Origin: Trichoplax adhaerens
Lineage: Eukaryota; Animalia; Placozoa
NCBI RefSeq assembly: GCF_000150275.1
Contig: NW_002060945.1
Span: forward strand, 2,999,172-3,063,171
DNA length: 64,000 nt
Direction of reading: 5' to 3'
In this document: piece after piece, positions 36,501-49,800 of the stretch
Layout: each line of letters begins with the position of its first letter
Numbering within the stretch: position 1 is the stretch's first letter
Notes under the pieces: model-generated
Seen by the model: only the letters and a program-made list of their open reading frames with translations
Database searches by the model: none
What the model was told of the DNA's origin: nothing
Translations under genes and position numbers: made by a program

Positions 36501-38440
36501 ATTCATTTTTCGGCCGAAAAGTCAAATTATTATAACGAAATGCAAACAGCTGAAGAAGCTGCGAAGAAAGCGAAAATCAAGGTAATACAATAACATTGAA
36601 TAATCGCATGTATAAATATGTAGGCACACGTACGTTTCTATTTAATAATGAACTATTTGATTTAAAGGTATGGGAAAACTTTGCTGAACCTGAAGAGAAG
36701 GAAGAAGAAGAAGAGATCATACCAGAAACACCTAAGGAAACAAAATCTAGAAGGAAAAATGTAATACAGCTATATTTACTACAAAATGTTTCCGATCTTA
36801 TATTATTCATACAACTTTGTATAGAAATTGTAATAGCCTAGCAGTAAACTAACGGTAAATTTTAACCTACGTGATAGATAATAGTCACCGAAATTTTGGG
36901 GATTGACCATTTTTATGCTCAGCATATTGATGCAGGTACTCTTTTGTAATATTCATTAGTCAGCACATGTATGAACTGATTGTAGATTTCAATAATTAAA
37001 GTAAATTATGTTATTACTCCGGTTAATTATTTACTTACTCGCATAATTTGCAGGACCAAAACTTGAAGCTTTGACTAATCAACTACGAAGTGACCTCAAA
37101 TCGAATCCGCCAATTCCTGGCTCATACAGCCCTCAACCACGCGCGTTGTGTGCGGCAATGTATGAAGACGACGAATGGTAAAGTGATTGCGATCGCTAAG
37201 AATAGACCTACTAATCATTATCACAAATGAAGATAAGCTAAAGCCTCCTTATTCTCTCTGGTAAATAATTAGGTATAGGGCACAAATAGAAAAAGTTACT
37301 TCATCGTCAGCTATTGAAGTCCTGTATATCGATTACGGAAATGTAAGTTCTAACATGATAGGATAGATAACGTATACCAACGTAAAATAGACATTATCAT
37401 AATGATTTTATTGCCTCGATAGAGAGCCACCGTCTCAACTTCTAGGTTAGCCCCGCTTCCTTCCGCTTTTCACAGGTAACGATTTCAATAAATCTTCAAT
37501 AATCTTAAAACTTTCAAGCAAATTCTTAAAACGTTAATTAAATCTTAAATATATTAGTTTACATAGCATAAAAATGTTGAGTTTATATCTTTGATATATA
37601 TATTTCATTATACCGTGTAGTGTTCCTCCTCAAGCTCACGAATATCATTTAGCTTTAGTTCAAGAACCATCTGATGTAAATAAAGACTGTTCTACAATCA
37701 GTAACGATAACGTTATAATTATTTCGTAAATTCAAACTATATTAAACTAACATACTTTGGTGAATTCGATAGGACGAAGACAAACGTGAAGCGCTGACGC
37801 AATTCATGGAGATATTATCGGTAAGAAAAATAAATATCATGATGGAAATACTACTACAAATTTAATGACGCATTTAATTAAAATGAAAATAATCTTGTGG
37901 ATACAGGAACAACAGTTGGGATTGGAGGTTGAATTCAAGTTACAAAATCAAGTAAGGCATAACACTGTTACTCGTATAATATCTTGTATTTTCGTGGCAC
38001 TTTAGACCATTCATAGATAGTATAGCTAGTATTCAGCTAGAGTATTGACCGTGCAGTACTAGCATAGTATTGCAGTATCTAAATGATTTAGTAAGTATCT
38101 CATATTTTTGCTACAAGGAACACGTGTCGTTGTATACTGCTGATCAACTGAACGTAGCTAAGGAGCTCATTAGCAAAGGTTATCTACAAGTTCAAAATCG
38201 AAGAGAAAAACGACTTGCTAAATTGGTAAGTAAAATTCAACCTAGATGTATTAGTATTAAACAGACTATGGCAGCTGTGATAATTACTATTTCCTTTATA
38301 ACTTTGTAAAATATACTAATTTATATTAGGTGACTGAGTTCAAAGAGAGTGAAAATATCGCAAGAATGGACAGATTAAACATCTGGCGATACGGTGATAT
38401 TACTCCTGATGATGCAAGAGAATTTGGTTATAGCAAGTAA
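27576..38440 (+). CDS. SND1: Staphylococcal nuclease and Tudor domain-containing protein 1 (Tudor-SN/p100)
   Basis: Exon 1 (27576-27617) encodes [14 protein letters not shown], followed by a 4-kb intron. Then [92 protein letters not shown], Tudor [21 protein letters not shown], and C-terminal [21 protein letters not shown]. Confidence 0.97.
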
Positions 38441-40416
38441 AAATAATGAAAATTTCAATGCCATCTATTGGATAATTACTCTAGCTTGCAATTTCGATAT
38501 TCTTTGCATTGTCAGCTACCATTTTAAGCAAGATTTTATCTTACAAAAATTATCACATAGTACACTAGATTTACGAATTTATAATTTGATATCTTATGTT
38601 AGTTTACGAAAATAAATCTTAAAGAAATGGAATTGATATCTTACTAAATAAAAAACATTTTGATAATGCTATATTTTCTTACCGTCCTAATGATATGGTA
38701 CGAATGGAGACGGCTACGACTGTCGCTGCTACTAGTAAAACGATTGTAGTTGACATATCGTACAGTTTGTTCAATTTCTGAAGCAACGCATTATTTGTAC
38801 CGTAGATGATCCTTTTCAATTATAATTACTCTTTCTCTAGCATAAGAGCATACTACAGAGTAAGACGTTTGGATATTATTGTTCCTTACGTTCAATATGA
38901 TCAACCTTATCGTGCTGCGTTCAAAGTATAACAATCGATACCACCAGTATTCACTAAAATGGTTTAGCATTGTAAGATAATAGATTAGAATAGTTATAAG
39001 ATGCCATTTCTGATTTCTAGGTAAGAAGAAAACAATGATAGACAAAATTGACAGGTCTATCAAATGATAATACTATCTGTTAAATGAGCACATTATCGTA
39101 AACCGTCAGCAAAGCGACGGGAGTTTGCACTAGTATATTTACAAATGCAAATGTGCAGCTAATGATAGTCGATAAATTTAACCATTTAATTAATATAATT
39201 GTTGGTAAATTAAACTAAATAAGAATACAGCTATCACATTGGCCAGTTTCTTTTGACACTGTACATTAGCTCCATATCTAAATAGCCCAGCACGTGGATA
39301 CCGTGCGGTAATTAATATCACTAATTCAACTATATATAGACTATGTCTACAGTACACGACGTTGACCTAAATGTTTACCTTGCAAACTTTAGTGAATAGC
39401 TGGATCTAGTTGATAGATTAATACGAGTACAATGAGAAGGACGATGTATTGTAACAAAATATCCCGTATTCCTAGAAATTCTACCGTTATTTACACTTTT
39501 TTAAATTTAAATTTAACTATATGGAGGTTATTAATGATAGTTTTAATGATGTATTATTGATTAGAATATCAAGTTATCTGGGATTAGAAATTAATATCTT
39601 TTTATAACATAAAATAATACCTTTACCATGATGAAATTTATCGCTATCATGAAGATCATTTTTATTCCCTTTCCGATCAATATCGGATAGAAATTTTATT
39701 TTTATTTCATATAGAATAAATATCGCATCCTCTTGATTCTCACTTCATTTCTGTTTCCGATTGAAAATTATCCTACTGTTTAACGTAGAATGGATCCCTG
39801 ACTTGATCAAAAGATAATAAACTTCAGCCACTTTATAGCTTGATAATGAAGGAAAATAGTTTTTATTTAAATTTTTGAAAGATAATAGCAAGTAACAAAA
39901 GATGCTCACAATAGAAAGATAGATAGTGCACTAGTGGCTATCTATCAACTTAAATAAATAAAACAGCACAATGGAAATTTTTTACGAAAGAGCTTTTACG
40001 TTTTTATGGAGTAAGTTAATAAAGAGAAGAAAGCTTTCAACTACATATTATTATTATTAGCGATCATACTGTATTTCGCTTATGCCTAATGAGAGGGAAA
40101 GTGTGCAAAATGTATACTGATAAATAAAGGTAAAAAGGATATCTTAATGGTCAATATTTTTGTCTTGATAGTATATACTTAGATAAATTGTGATCGATTT
40201 GATGGCCATGAAGCAATCTCATTATCCTAGCATTTTTTTTTTTTCTCAGTACCGATCGTACGAGTCTTATAGCACGCATCCATCGCACTACCATTAGATT
40301 TCTATCATTTTCAGAAAGCAATTTAATATAATCACAACTTCTTTCTTATTTTATGTAGGAAATCTACATTATTATCCACTCTGTTTCTATCTTTGTACTT
40401 TAATATTGCTACTGAA

Positions 40417-43400
40417 ATGGATTTAACGGTTAAACAACATTCTACGGACGTAACGCACCCTAATACGGGTCAAAACATCCATCAAAATAAAGATGGGAAT
40501 AATAATCATCTAGTTAAATCAGCTACTACAAGCCGCCAGGATCAAGCAACCCAGTCTGCTATCGGTAACCATAATAATGATAATCTTTCATATCAACCGA
40601 CAACACCAATGTTGTCAAAATCGACCGCAAAAGGCACGGACAAAACGATATTACCAGAGAAAAGGATTCGTTTTGTTGCTAATAATCGGCGTAATCAAGA
40701 CACTAGCAATAAAACACATCATACGGCTAATAATGTGACAGTTAGTCAAGCAACTACCCCATCTAAACTAGCCGATGATATTAAATATACAGATAAAGCT
40801 ATCCATTCTGTTTCAACTCTTAATCAGGAATGTGACAGAAATAATACATTGTCTTCGTCTGTATCACCTACTTCGTCACCGCCACAACTACCATCACATT
40901 CTAACATCCTCTCGGACCACGAAGAACAGGATACCACTTGGTTACATCGAGCCCATCGTAGCGACATGTTACAAGTTACCTGTCATGACCGGGTTAGCTA
41001 TCAATTTGATTGATTACTTGCTAATGTTAATTAAAATTAGATACCATTGAGTTAGTGAAGTATCGATTCTCATTTTTCGAGCAGACGTCTGATTGAAAAG
41101 TTAGCACCAAGAATTCAATCGACAATTAAAAACTAACCAATAAAATTAATTGAGCTGATGCTAGTCATGATGAAATGACTCTGCAAAGAAAGCTATCAGT
41201 AGAATTATTTACTAGCTTATTATATCTTGGAGATGCAATTAAATAACAATATTATTCGAACAATAACATTACTATTCAGCAATACTTTCATCTAATCACT
41301 ATATAAAATTAAAGTTATTCTTACATTAATCATGCTGATTGATATTTAAGAGATAAAAATCAAGAATGCCTTGTATTATTCAATATCTACTATTACGTGC
41401 ATTGACAACAGTGTAGTAATTGTCGTCGAACAATGAATGTTGAAATATTTTGTTTAATAATTTTAAACTTTATAAATTGATTTCCATCGAAGAAGAAAAA
41501 ATCGATTCACAATCACTCTTAGAATAAATGATTAGTGAATTCGAGTAGGTCTTAACTACTTAGAAGTAGGTCATTAAGACATGATAGAAATGTTAAAAAA
41601 TGATCAATTGTAATCGCTATAGGTAGTTATGGTCGCACTAAAACGATAAAGATTAAGCTAGTCGTTCACCAATTCTAGCCAGTGATCGGTCATGTACTTA
41701 TATAGCATTAGTATCCCTTACAATATAAGAATTAGACTACTACTATACGAAATCTAGTTAATGATCTATCCTGTACAGCGTTAGCATCTTTTATAAAGAT
41801 GTAGAACGAACAGGATTAGCGAGAAAGAAAAGTAAAATATCGCTGACAATTTTAAAATTCTGTTAGCCACATCAAATCGTTTATGGTGTATCCCCATTTG
41901 TGTAGTATAAATCCTTGTTGTGGGATAAAGATCAAACCTAATAATACTAGATAATCTAGTAATTTATCTTTTCCAGTATAGTTCACCTATATCCATTTTA
42001 ATAATGGCGAATAAATAGGATTAAAGTGAGGAGATAAGTATACTGTAGTTGATAAAATTAAAATATCTTACGGCTCTTATCCAATCCTCGATTGAGTTAT
42101 CCTATCCTGCATAGTTATTAATTAAAATCTACTGTAGCTATGTAGAACAGATAAAAATAATATGATAAAAAATGGATAATGTCCAGCTGATAAAATTAAA
42201 ATCCTTTAGCTAGTATCAAATTTTTCATGATCTATCGTTTCTTGGATAGTATTTAATTGACCGCTACAAGCATGTAAAATAAGCACTGTAAAATGAACGA
42301 AAAAGTAAAAAATTGAACTGACAAAATTGAAATTCAATTACCCATGTTAAACCTACGTGAAAACTAATTATTACTGCATAATAGTCGGCCATGGTATATA
42401 TTACGAACAAAAATATAAAACTGATCATGAATTATTACTAGAAATAACACCTCCATAGCAGATACCGTTCTTGAAATTCAAATTAATTCACATCTACATT
42501 TCCTTCTATTTCTTATACTGTTTGCTAATACAAAGGACAAAAGTTATTTAATATTATTGATCTATATGAGATCATCTCAGGACTATAATTACTATTTTAT
42601 CCTATTTCACCAACTTTTGACAAAAATTTCTTCAATGGACATTGCCGTTTTATTTATGCATAAACTGTAACCTCATGATTTTTAACATGTCGTATTTTCT
42701 ATTTGATTTTTACTTCATTGCACTTTACCTATAATAATCCTACTACTATACACGTATATTAGAGTTACATTAAATTTATTTTACTCTCAGTCCTTCTATC
42801 TAACAAAATTCCATTTATTTTAACTAGAAATGAGATACTGATATAAGCAAATTCAGTAGTTTGTAATATTATAGCCTAAATTGAAACCATCACTATGATT
42901 ATAAATTTTACGCGTTTAATAGTTGAACTTCCAGCATTTCATTTCATCTACGATGCATTTCATGGTTCTTCACCACTAGAGAAAATTTTCAAGTAGAGTT
43001 AATCATAGCATCTAAAATGTAGTAGGCTCGCATATATAAATAGTAAGTGAAAGCGTCTTTTTATAATACTTCTACTCTGAAATTGTGAAGCTTTTAACTT
43101 CCAAGGTGTACTATTCGCTATCATAGCAATCAAGAAATAACTTTTACAAAGAATAATCAAAGTAACATTATATTTTAGCGGCCAATTTAAAATTACCGCT
43201 ACCATATTCATTTTAACGCAAAAAGATTATCATCTCCTTCATACATGTAGTTAATTAGCACCGATGTCCTAAATTTACTTGGTAATGAAACACCAGTAGT
43301 AAAATTATCTTCCGTATATAAAATTAGCACAGTATACCGTACTACAACCAACGTTACCTAGATAGAATAATTATAGAATATTTTCCTGATCGGGTAAAGT

Positions 43401-46180
43401 TGTTTTAGGGTATAGATAAATCTTCTAGGTTTCGCCAGACATTTTTAACCGCTATTGATTTCTCTATCGTTTTTTAATTAATTCACAATAGAACTAATGT
43501 TAGTGCACTTTTATATGTCTCTGTAGACCGCAGAATTCTACAAGAGTAAATTTATCACTGGAACTCGTGGTAAATGCATTAAATTGCAAAGTAAGTGGTA
43601 TACACCGATAGAATTTGAAACAGCTTGTGGCATTACATCGTCTAAAGACTGGGGACGTAATATTACTTACGCCGGACATCCATTGCACCAATTAATTCGA
43701 GCAGGCATCATAGCGGTTCATGTCGTATCTACTCAAAATCCGACGGTAAAATTTGATTAGAGTAGAAATGTAATAATATTACTTGCCAGTGTGCAATGTG
43801 AAACTGTTGTTTTACTTGCCATGTTAACAACTGCCTTTCTAATATCCAAATTAAAAGTAAAAGTGATCTTTGATCGATCACAGATACAGAACAATCTGAT
43901 TACAGAATTAGCAAAAAAAGATATTAATTTCTTGGTTACTTAATTTGATCTAAAAGTTAGAATTTATTTTAATTACTTCATTACAATTAGCTTCATTATG
44001 AAAGTTGTATTCTAATTCATAAAGCAGGAATGTAGCATAAGTTCCTGTTTATTGCTATATTTTGTGATTGGTATGTAAGTTGTTATATTCCGCTATGGCT
44101 ATACACTAACTGGCTTTGGAAAGTTATAATAGTACAACAGTTCATTAATGTATTTGTATTTTCTTCAACCAATCGTTCAACTTAATTAACAAACTGAAGT
44201 TTAAAAACGCTTAATAGCATTGAGAAATTAAATACATTTCTTATTGATTTGTTAGCATGGTCCATGTCCGCTTTTTATACCATTCAAAAGGAAAAATAAC
44301 GACAACGGCTACATATGTAATGAAAGAGAAGGTACAGTAACGAATAAACACATCAATTTGAGAATAACAGATAGTAATTAAATCACTCAATATAGTGGAC
44401 AGCAAACAGATGAATATTAGGAAACTTATAATTGGTCCATTATTTTGATTTGCTTATATTAGATGATGGTCCGCCACCCTCTCGTATGACAAAATTGAGC
44501 TCGTAAGGACTACAAAGACTATTTTAGTTTGTACCGTATGATAAGTAAATTCACCGAATTGTGTAATATCAATTATGACTAGCCAAGTAAACCCATTGCT
44601 GCAATTATGATTTTAATGTATGCAGTGATAGAATTTTATAAAATGTATTTGAAAGAGACAATAATAGTGCGCTGAATAAGTTTATTTTCGTCTTACTATT
44701 CCTCATTTATCATTAAAAAAGAGAGGAAACAGAGACTATAACGCTTACATCAACAAAATTAGCGCCAACTCCAGCAGTTGGGCCTACAACAACAGGCTTC
44801 CATTCAGTACCAACGCCAGCGGAAATGTCAGTAGCAACATCAACACCATCATCAACGCCATTAATATCCACTGTCAGTGGCCCTGCCGTCAATATCGGTT
44901 AATTTTATTTTAAATTTCTAATATCAAAAATGGATAAATTGATTAAAGATATCGATTACACGTTATTGTAACAGAATGATGAGATTTTACATATATAATT
45001 CTGTCTCACTTCGACTTGTCTATAATTTAAGTCAGAACTTAATTGAGCAAAATATTATAATAGAACCAACTCTCTCATTTTCATAGTACAATTGATAACA
45101 TTCATGATTGCATTTGGAAATAGGCATTCCTATCTTGCAACCCATACATGCGATCAAACAATTTCCAGCTATGGCTGTCACGGAAAATAGTCAATTTTCT
45201 ATTGCGAATACTTTAACTACGGAGCAATACATGCTATTGAAAATGGAAGAGGTAAAAACTTAAAAACGAAAACTACTTGTGTTATTAATTAAGGAATAAC
45301 TCCCAACCGATTGTCAATAGTATTAAGAGCTAAAAAGGAGCTGAATAATACTCTTGGTAGTGTCTTACCTTACCAATTAATATCTTATTCACGTAAAATT
45401 AAGAAATGTAGTTACTAGTTGATATTTCTTATGTAGTATCAAAGAATTGGATATACGTCCATATACAAAACATGCAAAGACAATATGCATAAATATACCA
45501 TCGCATTTATTTTATATCAGTTTGGATGTTTTGATTAATCGTTTGACAGATATGTTAATAACATAGAAAAGATTAATTAAGAGTATATATATATTACTTA
45601 TAATAATGCAAAAAATGACTACCGTAACCCCAGTTAAGTATTGCATTTAGACATACTAAATCATTATTAATACAAATCAAGACCAAATACTGTATATTGC
45701 TAAGGGTACTTTGTTGCAATCCTTTAGGTACTAAAACGGTTCAAAAATTACGGTTTCGTTCATTGCGCCATAATATAATATTAATACTGCAGTCTACAAC
45801 AGCCAGTCCATGCTGAATTTTAAGATGACGATTTCTTTCTTGTGAAACAGGCTGTGAATTCCATGGTTATTATTGGAAGTCAGTTAAAATCAATGATCGA
45901 TCAATTAAAATTTTTTAATGGTTTTACGAATAGTCAATATATCGATAGTGCAAATCTTAATACCCGACCGCCGTACGTAGGGCGACGGGAGGTAAGACTA
46001 TTACCTTATGTTTACAATGGTATTCTACATTCTAAAGTGATACCTATACAATGGATAGTCCGGTGTGTCTACCTACAATATACAAATCGAGTTTAACGGT
46101 ATCTATTTTTGTAGGAAAGCACATTACAACATAGAACGAACAATAAGAATTTTACTCAGAAAGAGCCCGTAGATCAGTAA
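40417..46180 (+). CDS. DEAF1: DEAF1-like SAND-domain transcription factor, apparently without C-terminal MYND finger
   Basis: Exons about 40417-40992, 43527-43745, 44257-44331, 44463-44502, 44722-44898, 45124-45251, 45851-45991, 46115-46180. SAND reads MLQVTCHDRTAEFYKSKF..GKCIK..WYTPIEFE..SSKDWGRNITYAGHPL. It is followed by DEAF1-type GPCPLFIPFKRK and the NES/coiled-coil LKMEEAVNSMVIIGSQLKSMIDQLK. Confidence 0.8.
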
Positions 46181-46828
46181 TTGATCGTCATTGATACTTT
46201 TTCATGTAAGTTCGATGATTAATTAAAATATTAGAGTAAAATTTATATTTTTAAAGTGATATTAGATTGGTAAAGACTATCTCACCTTAGATCTGTGATT
46301 ACTTAAATAAATTCGGTAAAATTAATTGCTTTACTAATATAGATTATTTTATTGTTTATAGTTAAAAATCTGTATTAATAGCCAGCTTATTAATCGAAAA
46401 TGATACCGAAGATCTTAAATTCCTTTCCTCGTTAGGCAAACATATCCAGCAAGTTAGTTAGAAAGACAAATTAATAACTATATGAGTTCATATTTTCATT
46501 ATGAAAAGATGTTATAGGGATATTACACCAAGTGTACTCACACATACGATCATTTTTCAATATGAATACTTAAGTAATTTTACCGTAATTTATCTTCTAT
46601 TATGCTAGCAATACAATCGTAAGCTAAAATAATATCCGATAAATAAAAATGACAGCACCTTATTGAAGCCTGACCTATCTTACGTCTTAGAGTTAAAATT
46701 TTTTATTATTACCTAACTGATAAATATATGTTAAGCCATCAACGCTTGTGTTTAATTAAAGTTTAAATATCTGATTTGTGCGCTGTTTTATTCTTAAAAT
46801 CGCAATGCCGTATTAATTCATTACTTAA

Positions 46829-49800
46829 TTATTGGCTGTTGTTGATGCTGTATCTAAATTGTAAGAAGCCATTACGTGTGTTTAAATTTAGGTAGCCATG
46901 CACTCAAATACCATATAAATTTTGGTTATAAATTGTAAATTATACCGAACTTTTACTATTGCATCACGATTTTTCTGTGGATTTTCAACAGTACTCGATA
47001 TTAACGTACTGACGCAAAATAACCAAAATAATCATTCAAGATATTAATGCCGATACATTATTAAGTATATATCAACCCTGCCAGGAAATTATTAAAATAG
47101 CATCATTTCGTTCGTTATTTTGATTAATTAGCAATTACATCATTCTTAAACAATGACTATGCAAATAACATTATTTTAATTTTATGCTCAACATTAGGCG
47201 GTGTAATTTTTATTAGGTAAATTTTATTATAAAAACAAAATAATAAGTACTAATCACGGCTGAAACGAAGTCCATAAACCTTCATTAACGACACAACGTA
47301 CAAATTGTTAGATATTATAGCAGTAGGTATGAACATTGCAAAATGTCTGCTAAACGTGTGATAATATTACTACAATCACCGTAACTCTAATAACATTTAT
47401 ACTTAAAATTACAAATTAAAAGCAATAACAGGAGGATACATGACCCATGGTACGGTAATATCAAATTTGTCCATCACAATTTGAAAAGAATTTCTCAACC
47501 GTTGACCGATAAAATTACTCACCAGGTTTAAAAGCAGACTAAAATATTATCACTTGCATGTTAAAACAGAATTTATCAATACACAGAATCTTCAATTATA
47601 ATGCTAATAAAAAATTAGATAAGCTGTTAAAAAATTTTTTAAATTTCTTAAGGACTGTCATTGGGTAAGCTAAAAAGGATCTTCGGTTAAGTTACTAAAA
47701 CATCAACCTAATACTGATACCAAATAGTGTTAATACGTGAAACAGCGTTCAATTATACTAAACTTAAAGGTTCAAGGATTGCAAAGAAATTAAAATGAGT
47801 TTTCTTTCGCATCAAGAACAGCTTCATCGAACGATAGAGGTTATCTCCTGGATGCTATACATGAAATTTAGATGAAAGTAACCAACTTTTCAAGTTATTG
47901 TACACATAGATTGAAAATCTATTGGCGCTAGTACGTGTAATGTCTAAGCATTACAAAGCAGTACTCCACATTTTAGCCGAACATATCAAGTATTATATTT
48001 CAAATCATTTATCACGATCTAACAAGACTGTTATTACTTTCTAATATCATACGATCGACGACAGAGGCTGAATACCTAATTGATGGAAAAGAATAAATAA
48101 CGTATCTACTGTACTGCAAATTCATCTAGTAAATAGTAGTCATGTTACGGTAATCACGTTGTGATTAATAGCTTCAAAATCACTCTCGTTACAGTAACTT
48201 GTGTTAAATAGTAAATTTGTTGTGTTAACATAATTATAATACGAATGCAAGTAGATTACAATACATCAAATATGTATAACGATAAGTCTGTAAAGGTTTA
48301 AAATAAAAAGAACGGGTGAGTATTGGCGGTATTATATGCTACATACACTACAGTAAATTATAAGGAAGTAAATGCTTATAACTATATTGCATTATAACGT
48401 CGATAATTTGCCGAATATATGTTTAACCATTTCGTATTCTCGCTATTATTGTACTGTTAGTGATCTATTATCCGTTGTGTACCTCCAACGACCTAAAAAC
48501 AAATATATCCTTTCTTAGTAATTTTGTAAATTAAAAGATGTACTCTTCACTTTCACTGCAATATGAGATTTAGCGGCACGCATCGAAATATCAAAATCCA
48601 AAACAATACTTACTTTACAAGAGATATAAATTTACTGCACGATTCTTCATCGCAATACTTAATAATGTCATCAAGTAATGCTAAACGGTCTTTAGTCACA
48701 GCTTCAGCTGCTATTATACTTTCCAAATTATTACAAATAGACTTAACAATATCATGCCTGTAAAACAATTAAAACCGTCAATCTATGAGTTAGCCATTGA
48801 TATAAGTACTTTTTAATTATCTTACCACTTTAAATGAAGAGATTCATCTTCTTCACCATTTGATATACAGCCATTACCTCGTTGCACCAATAATCTGAGG
48901 AATATTAGCCCAAACTGTTTTAATAAATAAAAAATGGCACAATTTGAGATCATTTAAGACGCAATTTTCAATGAAAATAGTAAAGTTGCATACCTCATTT
49001 TTATATGCAATAGCTACCGGGTTAACTTTGCTTTGTCCAGGCCTTATTTGGCTATTTATAGGCCCGTGCAATAAATTCTGAGCGCAAATTATGCAATTTG
49101 CCAACGCCATTTCAACAATTACTTTCTGAATCGCATCTTTCATTACCATTAATACCTTAAATATAAAGTTCAAGCTAATTTAGCAAAATATACTTGAACA
49201 TAATGTAATAAAACAAAATTGGTATGATAATTACTTATAAAATTTAAAAAGTACAATTTGTTCGTTCTCAAAATTTGTTGATAAGTTGTCATTATGAAGA
49301 GACTTTCTTTCTTACCTTGTCAGTTTGGTCCTTCTTAATTATTATAGGTAAATTTTGGGATATAGTGCCCACAATTGCAAAAGCTTGATCCTACATGTTT
49401 AAAAAATTCGACATTTTTACGTTCAGTAAAAAGTGATGGAAGACAATTTCAAAACCCAGTTTGTTATTTTCTTTATGTATTCGTTGGTAAATTATAAAGC
49501 AATATAAGCAACAATTTTCCTATTCGAACCTGGTTTAGGAAACGTAGCAATCGACTTATTAACGTTTTTCCCTTTTGAATCATCAAGATTTGAACTAGAA
49601 TATCGTCATCGTTCCTATATTGCAAGCAGTCAAAATATCAAGCATATTATTTAATCTAATCTAAGATTCGAGGCTTGTTATACGCTACTACAGTATGATA
49701 GTATACCGTTACAAACAGATACTGTATTATCGCATTTTTACTTGATGGACTAGTAGTCATCACACATGACCATTGTAATACCGTATACAATAAGGCCTTA

